DNA from: a bacterium
GTDB taxonomy: Bacteria > Desulfobacterota > DSWW01
Length of the DNA: 64,000 nucleotides
Reading direction: 5' to 3'
Assembly: GCA_040756235.1 (NCBI GenBank)
Contig: JBFLZG010000084.1
Coordinates: 32,001 to 96,000, forward strand
How positions within the stretch are numbered: the stretch's first letter is position 1; every line of letters begins with the position of its first letter. Shown in pieces: positions 55,490-64,000 of this stretch. The notes beneath the pieces were generated by a model. It was not told where the DNA came from and did not search any database. It saw only the letters and a list, made by a program, of their open reading frames with translations. A program made the translations under genes and the position numbers.

Positions 55490-57245
55490 CCCGTCTCACC
55501 TCCGGCTGCAGAATGGGAAGCACGATGGTGAACGAGCTGCCCGCGCCTTCCATGCTCTGCACCTCGATCCGTCCGCCCATGGATTGGATGATGCTCAGGC
55601 TGATGCTCAGCCCCAGGCCGGTCCCTTTCCCCACTTCCTTGGTGGTGAAGAAGGGCCGAAAGATCTTCTCCATCTGCTCCGAGGTCATCCCGACTCCCGT
55701 GTCGGCAATCGTCACCCGCACGCACTCGCTGTCGTGGTGGGTCTTCAAGGTGATCGTCCCCGATCGGCCCTGCAGAGCGTCTCCGGCGTTGTTGATCATG
55801 TTGAGCAGGACCTGCCGCATCTGCTCCGGGTCCAGCAGGATCTTCGGCAGGTGCGTGTCGTAGTCACGGACCAGCTCGATATCCGAGACTTCGAACTCCT
55901 TCTCGATGACGCCGCTCACCACATCCTCGAGAAGTTGGTTCACGTCGCACCGCATCATTCTCGGTTCGGTCTTGCGCGCCGACTTGAGCAGCTTCTGCGT
56001 GATGTCGCGTGCCCGATAGACGGCAGCGTCGATCTGGTCCAACTCCGCGCGAATGTGATCCGGAGACCACTCCAGCCCGAACTGCGGGTCCAGCAGGTCC
56101 CGGATGACCCCGCTCTGGGAGGCGATGATCGCAAGAGGGTTGTTGATCTCGTGAGCCACGCCTGCGGCCAGCTCTCCCACGGACACCAGCTTGGCGGCAT
56201 GCAGGAGCTGGGACTTGAGCTCCCGGCGCGCCGTCTCCACCCGCTCCGCCCTTCCCATGAGGCGGTCGGCCATGATCCAGTTGGCCGTGCCGAGGAGCAG
56301 GGCCAGGGCAAGGGTCGCGATGAGGATGATGTGCCGGACCCGGTACATCTCCGCAAAGGCGATGCGCAGCGGCTGCCGTACGACCAGCACCCAGGGGACC
56401 TCGTTCAGCCACGCGTAGGCGGCCAGGACCGTCCCGTTTCTGCCCGATACCTTGTGCGTGCCGGAGCCGGTCTGGCCGGGCGGGGAGTAGCCGCTCGGGG
56501 ACAGCATCTCCCCCTCGTCCGGGTCCACGACCTGGTAGATCCCGTTGCGGTCGATCAAGGCCGACGAGACCCCTTTGCCCTTGGCGATGGTGCGCAGGAA
56601 CAGGTAGAACTTGTCCGGGTCCAGGGTGGCGCGCATGGTGAAGGGCCTGCCGTCCAGCACCTGCCTGACCGCGATGGTGAAGTGCGGCTTGTGCCGGAAT
56701 CCGAGGTAGATGCCGCTGATATAGTAGCTCTGCGCCTGCAGCGCCTGCACCCATTCCTCGCCGCTGTAGTCCTTGCCCTGGAGATAGCCGTAGGGGCCGG
56801 CATAGCCGATCTGAATGCCCGAAGGATCGAGAAAGCCCACGTCCAGAAAGGTGTCGCTCATCTCCCTCAGGTACTGCAGGTAGCGCCGCATCTCGTCCGG
56901 TGAGGGCGAAAGGTTGAAGCCCGAGCTGCGGAACAGGTTGAAGATGTTCACCACCCGCTCCTGCAGGAAGAGGTCGACGGTGTTGCGCTGGCTCTCGGCC
57001 AGGGTGGTCAGGTGCAGCTCTCCGCTTCTCTTGAGCGTCAGATTGAACTGGAAGTGGAAGTAGACGGACAAGATCAGCAGCGGGACGATGAAGGCGATCA
57101 GAAAGAAGATCTTGAGCCGCAGCCGCAGCCGCCGGAAGTACTCCCGTGTGCCCGGGTGAGCGCCGGACGAATCGGCGGCCCACCCGCCCGCCGTATCATC
57201 GCCGTGCGGCCTGGGTGCAGGTGCAGGGAGCTCGGATGTGGCCAT
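55479..57245 (-). CDS. Sensor histidine kinase with Cache-like domain (paralog of 50747..52489)
   Basis: YAGPY..KDY, GVAHEINNPL, NMINNA, DTGVG, FFTTK..GTGLGL. Confidence 0.9.
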   Translation of the reverse strand: MATSELPAPAPRPHGDDTAGGWAADSSGAHPGTREYFRRLRLRLKIFFLIAFIVPLLILSVYFHFQFNLTLKRSGELHLTTLAESQRNTVDLFLQERVVNIFNLFRSSGFNLSPSPDEMRRYLQYLREMSDTFLDVGFLDPSGIQIGYAGPYGYLQGKDYSGEEWVQALQAQSYYISGIYLGFRHKPHFTIAVRQVLDGRPFTMRATLDPDKFYLFLRTIAKGKGVSSALIDRNGIYQVVDPDEGEMLSPSGYSPPGQTGSGTHKVSGRNGTVLAAYAWLNEVPWVLVVRQPLRIAFAEMYRVRHIILIATLALALLLGTANWIMADRLMGRAERVETARRELKSQLLHAAKLVSVGELAAGVAHEINNPLAIIASQSGVIRDLLDPQFGLEWSPDHIRAELDQIDAAVYRARDITQKLLKSARKTEPRMMRCDVNQLLEDVVSGVIEKEFEVSDIELVRDYDTHLPKILLDPEQMRQVLLNMINNAGDALQGRSGTITLKTHHDSECVRVTIADTGVGMTSEQMEKIFRPFFTTKEVGKGTGLGLSISLSIIQSMGGRIEVQSMEGAGSSFTIVLPILQPEVRRDGG

Positions 57246-57343
57246 CGGTACGGCTTCCGTCTTCCGGGTGAAACGGCGGGGAAGGCGGGCAGGGAGACCC
57301 GGCGCAAACGCGTCCGCCGAACCCACCGCCCCGTCGCATGCGG

Positions 57344-57359
57344 AGCAATCGTTGTGCCA
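57344..57359 (-). promoter_or_regulatory. Sigma-54 -24/-12 promoter
   Basis: Minus strand TGGCAC-AACGA-TTGCT, an exact consensus match. Confidence 0.75.
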
Positions 57360-57468
57360 AGGCCGGAGCGTCGTGCAGGGCGGGCGCGATTGCAGAAAAA
57401 GGCGTACGATTTGAGGCAGATGACTGTTTCGCCGGAGGGTAGAAGAGCGTCCGTCCGATGACGGAGCC

Positions 57469-57496
57469 CTTTACACCTGTAAGGAATCCGGACAGG
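57469..57496 (+). promoter_or_regulatory. Candidate enhancer (UAS) motif copy 3
   Basis: CTTTACACCTGTAAGGAATCCGGACAGG, about 110 bp upstream of the 57344 promoter. Confidence 0.55.
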
Positions 57497-57526
57497 GTGG
57501 CAGGGTGGCGCGCCCGGCAACAAATA

Positions 57527-57717
57527 GAGCTTGTCCCACAAGCCCCAGCTCGAGAGCCTGTTCAAAAATGCCCAGATGCAAGGCGCGCGAAATCCCGAGG
57601 AATGAGGCGTACATTTCAGTACGCCGCAGTGACCCCGGCCTTCGCCGGGGCAGGCTCCCCCGCCTCCATGCCGCGCCATGAGCGCAACGCCGCAGATGGC
57701 CGTTTCTCACCAACCTC
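57527..57717 (+). mobile_element. MITE-like palindromic repeat, copy 6
   Basis: Outer GAGCTTGTCCCA, inner GAGCCTGTTCAAAAATGCCCAGATGCAAGG, CCCGGCCTTCGCCGGGG module, degenerate right end. Confidence 0.85.
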
Positions 57718-57805
57718 TGGGAGGAGAAGGGCCGGAGCGTTCTGAGCCCGAGACGATCGAGGCGAGATGCCCACCGCGCTCGTGCATTTCTGCTCTCGGT
57801 GGAGC

Positions 57806-59236
57806 TCAGTCCTTCTCGTCCGTTCCGGGGCTGACGAGCCCGCACTTCTCCATCCGGTCGTGCAGGGTGGGACGGGAGATGCCGAGGATCTTGGCAGCCC
57901 GGGAACGGTTGCCCCGCGTGAGCTCGAGCGCTTCGCCGATCAGGATGCGCGTCAGGCGATCGATGAAGTAGGAGAACAGATCCTGCCGGGCCCCGGCGGC
58001 CAGGTTTTCCCGCACCCATTGCTTGAGGATCTTGTCGGCGGTCTCGTTGTTGCCCGAGGACTGGCCGCCGGCCCCCAGGACCGCCTTGGAGATGTCCTCC
58101 GGGCGGATCGGATAGCCCCTGCTGAAGATCAGCGCCTTCTGCAGCGCGTTGGCCAGCTCCCGGACGTTGCCCGGCCAGGGGTGGCCCTCGATCATGGACT
58201 TGGCCTCCTCGGTGACGCCCGGGTTGTCGATCTCCATCTCCCTGGAGAAGCGGGCCAGGAAATAGTCGCTCAGGAGGGCCGCGTCGCCTTTGCGCTCGCG
58301 CAGAGGAGGAAGCTCGATCGTGACCACCTTGAGCCGGTAGTACAGGTCCTCCCGGAACCGGCCTTCGGCCAGGGAAGCCTCCAGGTCGCGATTGGTGGCA
58401 GCCAGGATGCGCACGTCCACCGGGATGGGTTCCCGGCCGCCGAGCCGTTCGATGCTCTTCTCCTGCAGGAGGCGCAGGATCTTGGCCTGGATGTTGAAAG
58501 GCATGTCGCCGATCTCGTCCAGGAACACGGTCCCGCCGTTGGCCTGCTCGATCTTGCCCACCCGGCGGCTGCTGGCGCCGGTGAAGGCGCCCTTCTCGTA
58601 GCCGAACAGCTCGCTCTCGAGCAGCGTCTCCGGGATGGCCACGCAGTTGATGACCAAGAACGGCTTGTGGGCCCTCAGGCTGTGGTGATAGAGGGCGCGG
58701 GCGACGAGCTCCTTGCCGGTGCCCGACTCACCCCGGATGAGCACCGTCGCGTCCGTAGGCGCCACCCGCCCGATCGCCTTGTAGATCTGCTGCATCGAGT
58801 CGCTGCGGCCGATGAGCGCGTCCGGCACCGCGGACTCCGGCACCACGTCCATCTCGACCCGGGAGCGCATGAAGCGGCCCGCTTCCAGGGCCTGCTCGAT
58901 CTGGCGCAGGATGTCCGGGATCTCGAACGGCTTCAGAACGTAGTCGAAGGCCCCTCTCTTGGTCGCCTCGATGGCCGTTTCGGTGGTGCCGAAAGCGGTC
59001 ATGATGATGACCGGCAGCTTCGGCTCGATCTGCCGCATGGCCTGGAAGGCCTCCAGCCCGCTCATGCCCGGCATGCGCACGTCCATGATCACCAGGTCGG
59101 GCACCGACCGCCGGACCGCCTCCACGGCCTGCTCTCCGGTAGCCGCGGTATGGGTCTCGTAGCCTTCCTCGACGAGGAGCTTCTGAAAGCTCTGCCGCAA
59201 CTGGTCGTCATCGTCCACGATGAGAATCGAGCTCAC
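57806..59236 (-). CDS. Sigma-54-dependent response regulator (NtrC/AtoC-type enhancer-binding protein)
   Basis: Receiver, GESGTGKE, ESELFG, GAFTGA, FLDEIG, WPGNVREL, Fis-type HTH; GTG start overlapping the upstream stop. Confidence 0.95.
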   Translation of the reverse strand: MSSILIVDDDDQLRQSFQKLLVEEGYETHTAATGEQAVEAVRRSVPDLVIMDVRMPGMSGLEAFQAMRQIEPKLPVIIMTAFGTTETAIEATKRGAFDYVLKPFEIPDILRQIEQALEAGRFMRSRVEMDVVPESAVPDALIGRSDSMQQIYKAIGRVAPTDATVLIRGESGTGKELVARALYHHSLRAHKPFLVINCVAIPETLLESELFGYEKGAFTGASSRRVGKIEQANGGTVFLDEIGDMPFNIQAKILRLLQEKSIERLGGREPIPVDVRILAATNRDLEASLAEGRFREDLYYRLKVVTIELPPLRERKGDAALLSDYFLARFSREMEIDNPGVTEEAKSMIEGHPWPGNVRELANALQKALIFSRGYPIRPEDISKAVLGAGGQSSGNNETADKILKQWVRENLAAGARQDLFSYFIDRLTRILIGEALELTRGNRSRAAKILGISRPTLHDRMEKCGLVSPGTDEKD

Positions 59237-60768
59237 ACTTCCTCCTTGTAGACCGGCAGCGTCATGTCGAAGGTGGCGCCCTTCGACTGCGATCCCCTCA
59301 GCTCGAGCCGCCCTCCGTGCTCCTCGACGATACGCAACGCGATCGCCAGCCCGAGGCCCGTGCCCTCTTCCTTGGTGCTGAAGAAAGGCTCCCAGACCTT
59401 TTCCCAGAGCTCCGCCGGTACCCCGGGGCCGGTATCGCTCACGCTCACGAGCACGACCCGGCCCATGTGCTCCGCAACGCCGTCGCTCTCCGCGATCGAA
59501 ATACTGCCGCCTTCCTTCATGGCGTCGCACGCGTTGATCATCAGGTTGACCAGGACCTCCTTGATGGCCTCGGGGTCCACGTACACGTCCGGAAGCCACG
59601 GGCTCTGGCGCCGCTCGATGCGAACGCCCTGGACCTCGAACCTCTTCTGCAAGAGCTGCAGGCTCATGTCCACGACCTCTGAGATGCTGAACGGCTGCAT
59701 CCGCAGCTTGGGCGGCCTGGAGAACTCGAGGAAATTCTTGACTACGTTGTCCAGGTGCCGCGTCTCCTGCGAGATCACGTCCAGGTCTTCCTTCTGGGCC
59801 GGCGAGAGCTGGAGCGACCTTTCCAACGAGAACAGCCGCATCTTGATGGAGGTCATGGGGTTCCGGATCGTGTGGGCGACCTCGGCCGCGAGCTTGCCCA
59901 CCAGGGCCATCTTCTCGGACTGGACGAGCCGCTGGCGGCTCCGTTCGAGCTCGGTCTGGGTCAGGTTGCGATCCTCGATGAGGCCGTGCACCCGTCTGCT
60001 CAGGGCTGCGACCTCGTTTGCCGGCTCGCCGGGGGTCCGGGCGCGGTCCGTCTCGCGGGCCAGTTGGCGGATCGGGCCGAGGACCTGCTGCACCAGGATG
60101 CTCGTGAGAAGAGTGAACAGGACGAGCGCGACGGAGGTGGCCAGGACGGCGACGACTCGAAGCCGGCCGGCCTCCCGATCGCTTTGCTCATGTCGGAGCC
60201 GGATTCTCTGCTCGTGCACGCTCTTGTACCGCCCCATGAGATCCGTGATGCTGAAGAAGATCTGCCGAACCTGCTGATGCAGCTCCTCGCCCGCCTCCCG
60301 CTCCCCTGCCTTGTAAAGCCGGATGACCTCGTCCTTGCCGGCCACGTAACGGTCGTATTCCGCTTCGATACGGCGCAGGATCTCCTGCTCGGTCGGCTGG
60401 CCCGTCCTCTCGATGGCTCGGGAGAGCCGGTCCCCGAACGATCGCCGGTACTCCTGGAGCATGGAAAGCCAGTTGGGGTTTCCGTCGAGGAGGTAATAGG
60501 AGACGAACCCCTTCTGCTGCACGAGGTCGTTCTCCAGCTCCACCACGCCCTTCAACGAGGCGATGTCTCTCTCGATCAGGGAGGAGAAGAGCGCGCGCAT
60601 CTGGTAGGTGTACCAGAACATGATGGCGCCCAACCCGAGGGTGATCAGCACCAGAGAGGCAATCAGGAGGTAGATACGGGTGCGCAGCCCGAGTCTTGTT
60701 CGGGACCGCACCGGTTGGGTGACTTCAACAGGCGGGGAGAGGCTTTCGGGGAAAAGACGGTCCGACAT
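59233..60768 (-). CDS. Sensor histidine kinase with helical extracytoplasmic domain
   Basis: Two TM helices, EVAHTIRNPM, NLMINA, DTGPGV, FFSTK..GTGLGL. Confidence 0.92.
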   Translation of the reverse strand: MSDRLFPESLSPPVEVTQPVRSRTRLGLRTRIYLLIASLVLITLGLGAIMFWYTYQMRALFSSLIERDIASLKGVVELENDLVQQKGFVSYYLLDGNPNWLSMLQEYRRSFGDRLSRAIERTGQPTEQEILRRIEAEYDRYVAGKDEVIRLYKAGEREAGEELHQQVRQIFFSITDLMGRYKSVHEQRIRLRHEQSDREAGRLRVVAVLATSVALVLFTLLTSILVQQVLGPIRQLARETDRARTPGEPANEVAALSRRVHGLIEDRNLTQTELERSRQRLVQSEKMALVGKLAAEVAHTIRNPMTSIKMRLFSLERSLQLSPAQKEDLDVISQETRHLDNVVKNFLEFSRPPKLRMQPFSISEVVDMSLQLLQKRFEVQGVRIERRQSPWLPDVYVDPEAIKEVLVNLMINACDAMKEGGSISIAESDGVAEHMGRVVLVSVSDTGPGVPAELWEKVWEPFFSTKEEGTGLGLAIALRIVEEHGGRLELRGSQSKGATFDMTLPVYKEEV

Positions 60769-60963
60769 GCTTCCGTGCGTCCTCGAATGGTTGCCGGTCG
60801 ACCGCAGCCACGGCGTTGCCTGACCGCCGACCGCTTCGGAATCGCGCCCTCCCTTTCCCCCGCTCTTCCTGCGGACATGCCCGGCCGGCCTGATACGCCG
60901 CCCTCGGCACTATAAAGTATGACAGGGGCTTAGGCAAGACGGGGACGGGCAGGCCGCTGGATA

Positions 60964-61152
60964 GAGGCTGTCCCAAAACGCCCATCTGCGGCGTTGCGCT
61001 CATGGCGCGGCATGGAGGCGGGGGAGCCTGCCCCGGCGAAGGCCGGGGTCATTGCGGCGTACTGCCATGTACGCCGCATTCCTCGGGATTTCGCGCGCCT
61101 TGCATCTGGGCATTTTTGAACAGCCTCTGAATCGAGCCTGTTGGGACAGGCC
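60964..61152 (-). mobile_element. MITE-like palindromic repeat, copy 7 (reverse orientation)
   Basis: Near reverse complement of copy 6 over most of its length; GAGGCTGTCCCAAAACGCCCATCTGC...TTTTTGAACAGCCTC...TTGGGACAGGCC. Confidence 0.87.
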
Positions 61153-61218
61153 GCTGGATATGCCGCAGGCCGGCGGCTTTTCGCCGGCCGCGCGTTGGCC
61201 TTGCGGCCGGCCGGTATT

Positions 61219-61247
61219 CTTTACAGCCTGGAAAGAAACCTGACACG
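61219..61247 (+). promoter_or_regulatory. Candidate enhancer (UAS) motif copy 4
   Basis: CTTTACAGCCTGGAAAGAAACCTGACACG, about 83 bp upstream of the 61330 promoter. Confidence 0.6.
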
Positions 61248-61329
61248 AACCCCTGTCCATGCGCGGTTCCGGCCGATCGGGACCGCGGGACTAGGGCGTT
61301 TTTCTGCAACCGGACCTCGGCTCGGCCAC

Positions 61330-61345
61330 TGGCATAGGAGTTGCT
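61330..61345 (+). promoter_or_regulatory. Sigma-54 -24/-12 promoter
   Basis: TGGCAT-AGGAG-TTGCT. Confidence 0.7.
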
Positions 61346-61392
61346 AAACGTCGGGTGCAGCTGGTGGGGACTCGTCACCCAAGGAGGTTAGC

Positions 61393-61797
61393 ATGAGCGA
61401 CAAAGGTGAAATCCTGCTGGTGGATGATGATCCGGATATCCTGGACTCTCTCAGAATCATCCTGGAGGGCAACGGCTACCGGATACGGACCGCCTCGAAC
61501 GGTCGCGAAGCCAAGGCCGCTCTGGAAGAGAAGCTCCCCGATCTCATGATTCTCGACATCATGATGACGACCGACACCGAAGGCTTCGATCTGGCTTATG
61601 AGTTGAGGGACAACCCTGATTTCAAGAGCCTCCCGATCCTGATGCTCACCAGTTTCCTCGACAAGGTCCGCCAGGAAGGCCCGGGCCCGTTCGAGTTCAT
61701 CCTGGGCGAGCAGTGGCCCGCTCACTGGCTGTTCGAGAAGCCGGTCGATCCCAAGAAGCTCCTTCTCAAGATCGAGGGAGTCCTGGCGGAGAAATGA
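61393..61797 (+). CDS. Single-domain response regulator
   Basis: ILLVDDD, ILDIMM, PILMLT, EKP; AAGGAGG RBS. Confidence 0.9.
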   Translation: MSDKGEILLVDDDPDILDSLRIILEGNGYRIRTASNGREAKAALEEKLPDLMILDIMMTTDTEGFDLAYELRDNPDFKSLPILMLTSFLDKVRQEGPGPFEFILGEQWPAHWLFEKPVDPKKLLLKIEGVLAEK

Positions 61798-63938
61798 AGG
61801 GCAGGGCGGACCGAATGGATCTCAACCCTCAGCATGCCGAAAGTGCTCGGCCCAACCTGCCGGGGGAGATCCATGAGCGCAGGCGGATCATTCTGCGGGA
61901 GCTCAAGGTCCGCGCTTTCTGGTTCATCCGGCTCCGCTGGCTGGTCCCGCCCGGCATCGTGGCTGCAACCGCGCTGGCGCGGTTCGCCGGGGCCGAGATC
62001 GCGGCCTGGCCGATCCTTGCAGTCGCGGCCTTGATCCTCGCGTACAACCTCGGGCTCTTCGCGTGGGGCCGCCGGTTCGGGCGGGACCCCTCCGAAGAGG
62101 CGGCTTCCCTGCGGCGCTTTGCCCGCTGGCAGGTCGGTCTCGATTACGGGGCCATGTTCCTGCTCATCCACTTGACCGGCGGAGCGGCGAGCCCACTCTT
62201 GTTCTTCTTCATCTTTCATATCATTTTCGCTTCCATCCTGCTGCCCTCCCGGTCCGCCTACGGCTTCTCGGCGCTCGCCGTGGCCGGCGTGGGCCTCCTC
62301 ACGGGCGCCGAGTACCTGGGCTGGATTCCGCATCACCCGCTCCACTTCCAGGGCAAGGGCATCGAGCTGCCGCAGCCGCTCTTCCACCTGATGGTTGCGT
62401 GGGGCTTCTTTGCCGCCACCGTCATCATCACCGCCTTTGCCACCAGCTCCATCATGCAGGTGCTGCGCAGGCGGATCGACGACCTGGTCGAGCTTTCCGA
62501 GACCGTTGCGGACCTCAACGACAAGCTCGGTACGCTCTACACAATGGTTCAGGCGATCGGCTCCGCCCAGAAGTTCGACCTGGTCCTCCAGACCGTGGTC
62601 CGGGAGCTGGCCTCGGTGATGGAGGTCAAGGGCATCTCGGTCAAGCTGCTCAGCGAGAACGGCAGGGTCCTGAGGTACGCCGCGGCCCATGGCCTGCCGG
62701 AGTCGATATTCAAAAACCGCGTGGTGGAGGTCGCCAAGAGTCCCCTGAACCGCCGCATCATCGACGGCGAGCCGTTCATCACGGGACAGGTGACGCAGAA
62801 GGAGATGTTCCAGTTCGGAGAGGACCTGGCTGCCGCCCAGCTCCAGTCCGTGCTGTTCCTGCCGCTGACCGTGGAAGAGCGGGTGATCGGCATCCTGGGC
62901 GCCTACTGTGTTCGTCCCGACCGGTTCGGCAGCGAGGAGGTCGAGTTCTTTCGGCTGGCGGCCGGGCTGGTGGCCATCGCCCTGGAGAACGCCAAGGCTT
63001 ACGAATCGATCGAAAGCCTGGTGAAGGAGCGGGCCTGGTTCACCATGCGGGTGGCCCACAACCTGAGGGCGCCGCTGGCCGCCATGAAGAGCATCCTGGA
63101 CGTGGTCCAGGGCGGCTACCTGGGCGAGCTGAACGCCGACCAGCGCGAATACCTGCGGCGCCTCAACCGGCGGACCGACACGCTCCTGGCCACGATCAGC
63201 GAGCTGATGACCCTGGCCCGGAGCCGCAGCGAGAAGATCCGGGTGGCCGACGAGCCGGTCGATCTTCCCCTGATCGCCACCCGCATCGATCGCACCTTCC
63301 GCGACGAGGCTTCCGGCAAAGGGCTGGAATTCAAGATGACCGTGCCCGAGGAGCTGCCGGTCATCCGCGGCGACGCCGCCATGATCGAGCAGATGCTCGA
63401 GAACCTGGTCTCCAACGCGATCAAGTACACCCCGGCGGGCGGCAAGGTCTCGGTCGCTTTCTCGAAAGGCGGCGGCAACGTGCGGATCGAAGTGGGCGAC
63501 ACCGGGATCGGAATACCGAGCGCGGACCTTCCCAACCTGTTCCGCGAATTCTACCGCTCGGAGAGCGCCAAAGCCGTCGAAGCGCACGGGACCGGGCTCG
63601 GCCTGCCGATCGTCAAGGAGATCGTGGACAAGCACGGCGGCCGGATCATGGTGGAGAGCGAAGAGGGCCTCGGAACCATTTTCGTCGTCTGCCTGCCCAT
63701 CGACCGGCGCGCAGGCCGGGGCGACGGCGCCGCGCTGGATGCCACCCCGGGTCAGGAAGAGGGCGGCCAGCTCTCGGGCCAGCCGGGCCGGTTGCATCGA
63801 CCCCTCCTGTCCGTATGCGCCCGGGCGGCGGTTGCGTTCGTGCGGGAAGCGGTCCGATCGGCCTCGGAGCAAGGCTGGATCCCGCCTTGGGCCGTCAGGA
63901 GGCGGCGCAAGGCGCGGCAGCCCGTGGCGGCGCAGTGA
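61794..63938 (+). CDS. Membrane GAF-domain sensor histidine kinase
   Basis: Multi-TM N-terminus, GAF (SVLFLPL..RVIGIL), VAHNLRAPL, NLVSNAIKY, DTGIGI, GTGLGL; ATGA overlap with the upstream gene. Confidence 0.9.
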   Translation: MKGRADRMDLNPQHAESARPNLPGEIHERRRIILRELKVRAFWFIRLRWLVPPGIVAATALARFAGAEIAAWPILAVAALILAYNLGLFAWGRRFGRDPSEEAASLRRFARWQVGLDYGAMFLLIHLTGGAASPLLFFFIFHIIFASILLPSRSAYGFSALAVAGVGLLTGAEYLGWIPHHPLHFQGKGIELPQPLFHLMVAWGFFAATVIITAFATSSIMQVLRRRIDDLVELSETVADLNDKLGTLYTMVQAIGSAQKFDLVLQTVVRELASVMEVKGISVKLLSENGRVLRYAAAHGLPESIFKNRVVEVAKSPLNRRIIDGEPFITGQVTQKEMFQFGEDLAAAQLQSVLFLPLTVEERVIGILGAYCVRPDRFGSEEVEFFRLAAGLVAIALENAKAYESIESLVKERAWFTMRVAHNLRAPLAAMKSILDVVQGGYLGELNADQREYLRRLNRRTDTLLATISELMTLARSRSEKIRVADEPVDLPLIATRIDRTFRDEASGKGLEFKMTVPEELPVIRGDAAMIEQMLENLVSNAIKYTPAGGKVSVAFSKGGGNVRIEVGDTGIGIPSADLPNLFREFYRSESAKAVEAHGTGLGLPIVKEIVDKHGGRIMVESEEGLGTIFVVCLPIDRRAGRGDGAALDATPGQEEGGQLSGQPGRLHRPLLSVCARAAVAFVREAVRSASEQGWIPPWAVRRRRKARQPVAAQ

Positions 63939-64000
63939 GAGGGTGTCGAAAAACACCCTCGAATGAGGCTCGCAAGGGAACAACAGCCCACAAAGGAGTT

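Noticed and set aside
61338..61347. CIRCE-like half site GAGTTGCTAA
   Set aside because: No matching TTAGCACTC arm; better explained as the -12 element of the sigma-54 promoter.

Overview
A GC-rich bacterial window; gene content suggests an anaerobic Desulfobacterota/deltaproteobacterium (inference). No rRNA, tRNA or CRISPR array was seen. From left to right: (1) a partial ADP-forming acyl-CoA ligase, an FmdB zinc-ribbon gene and hypothetical genes. (2) A 10.4-kb minus-strand catabolic run: PadR, SDR, glycyl-radical enzyme with no activase in the window, IolD/ALS-like ThDP enzyme, CoA-transferase A/B, MmgE/PrpD protein and acyl-CoA dehydrogenase. (3) Two Hsp20 genes flanking a J-domain remnant interrupted in frame by a MITE-like repeat. 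(4) A ~2,600-aa secreted SBBP/DUF11/PKD/Cys-rich protein with an internal HEXXH segment, under a c-di-GMP-I (GEMM) riboswitch with an overlapping terminator. (5) Metabolic genes: FAD oxidoreductase, histidine phosphatase, FBP aldolase/phosphatase, URO-D-like methyltransferase plus corrinoid protein, two Fe-S proteins, MBL hydrolase and CoA-disulfide reductase-rhodanese. (6) A short ORF that looks like an in-frame hgcA'-'hgcB deletion fusion, i.e. a lost mercury-methylation locus. (7) A ~23-kb sigma-54 / two-component island: OprO/P porin, TauE/SafE transporter, small membrane proteins, PEP-synthase-like protein, 4 histidine kinases and 7 receiver domains including a receiver-SLC13 fusion and an NtrC-type activator. 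Its four -24/-12 promoters share an upstream motif. Seven copies of a modular palindromic MITE-like element and several REP-like hairpins are scattered through the window. All product calls come from motif recognition by eye; no database search was run.
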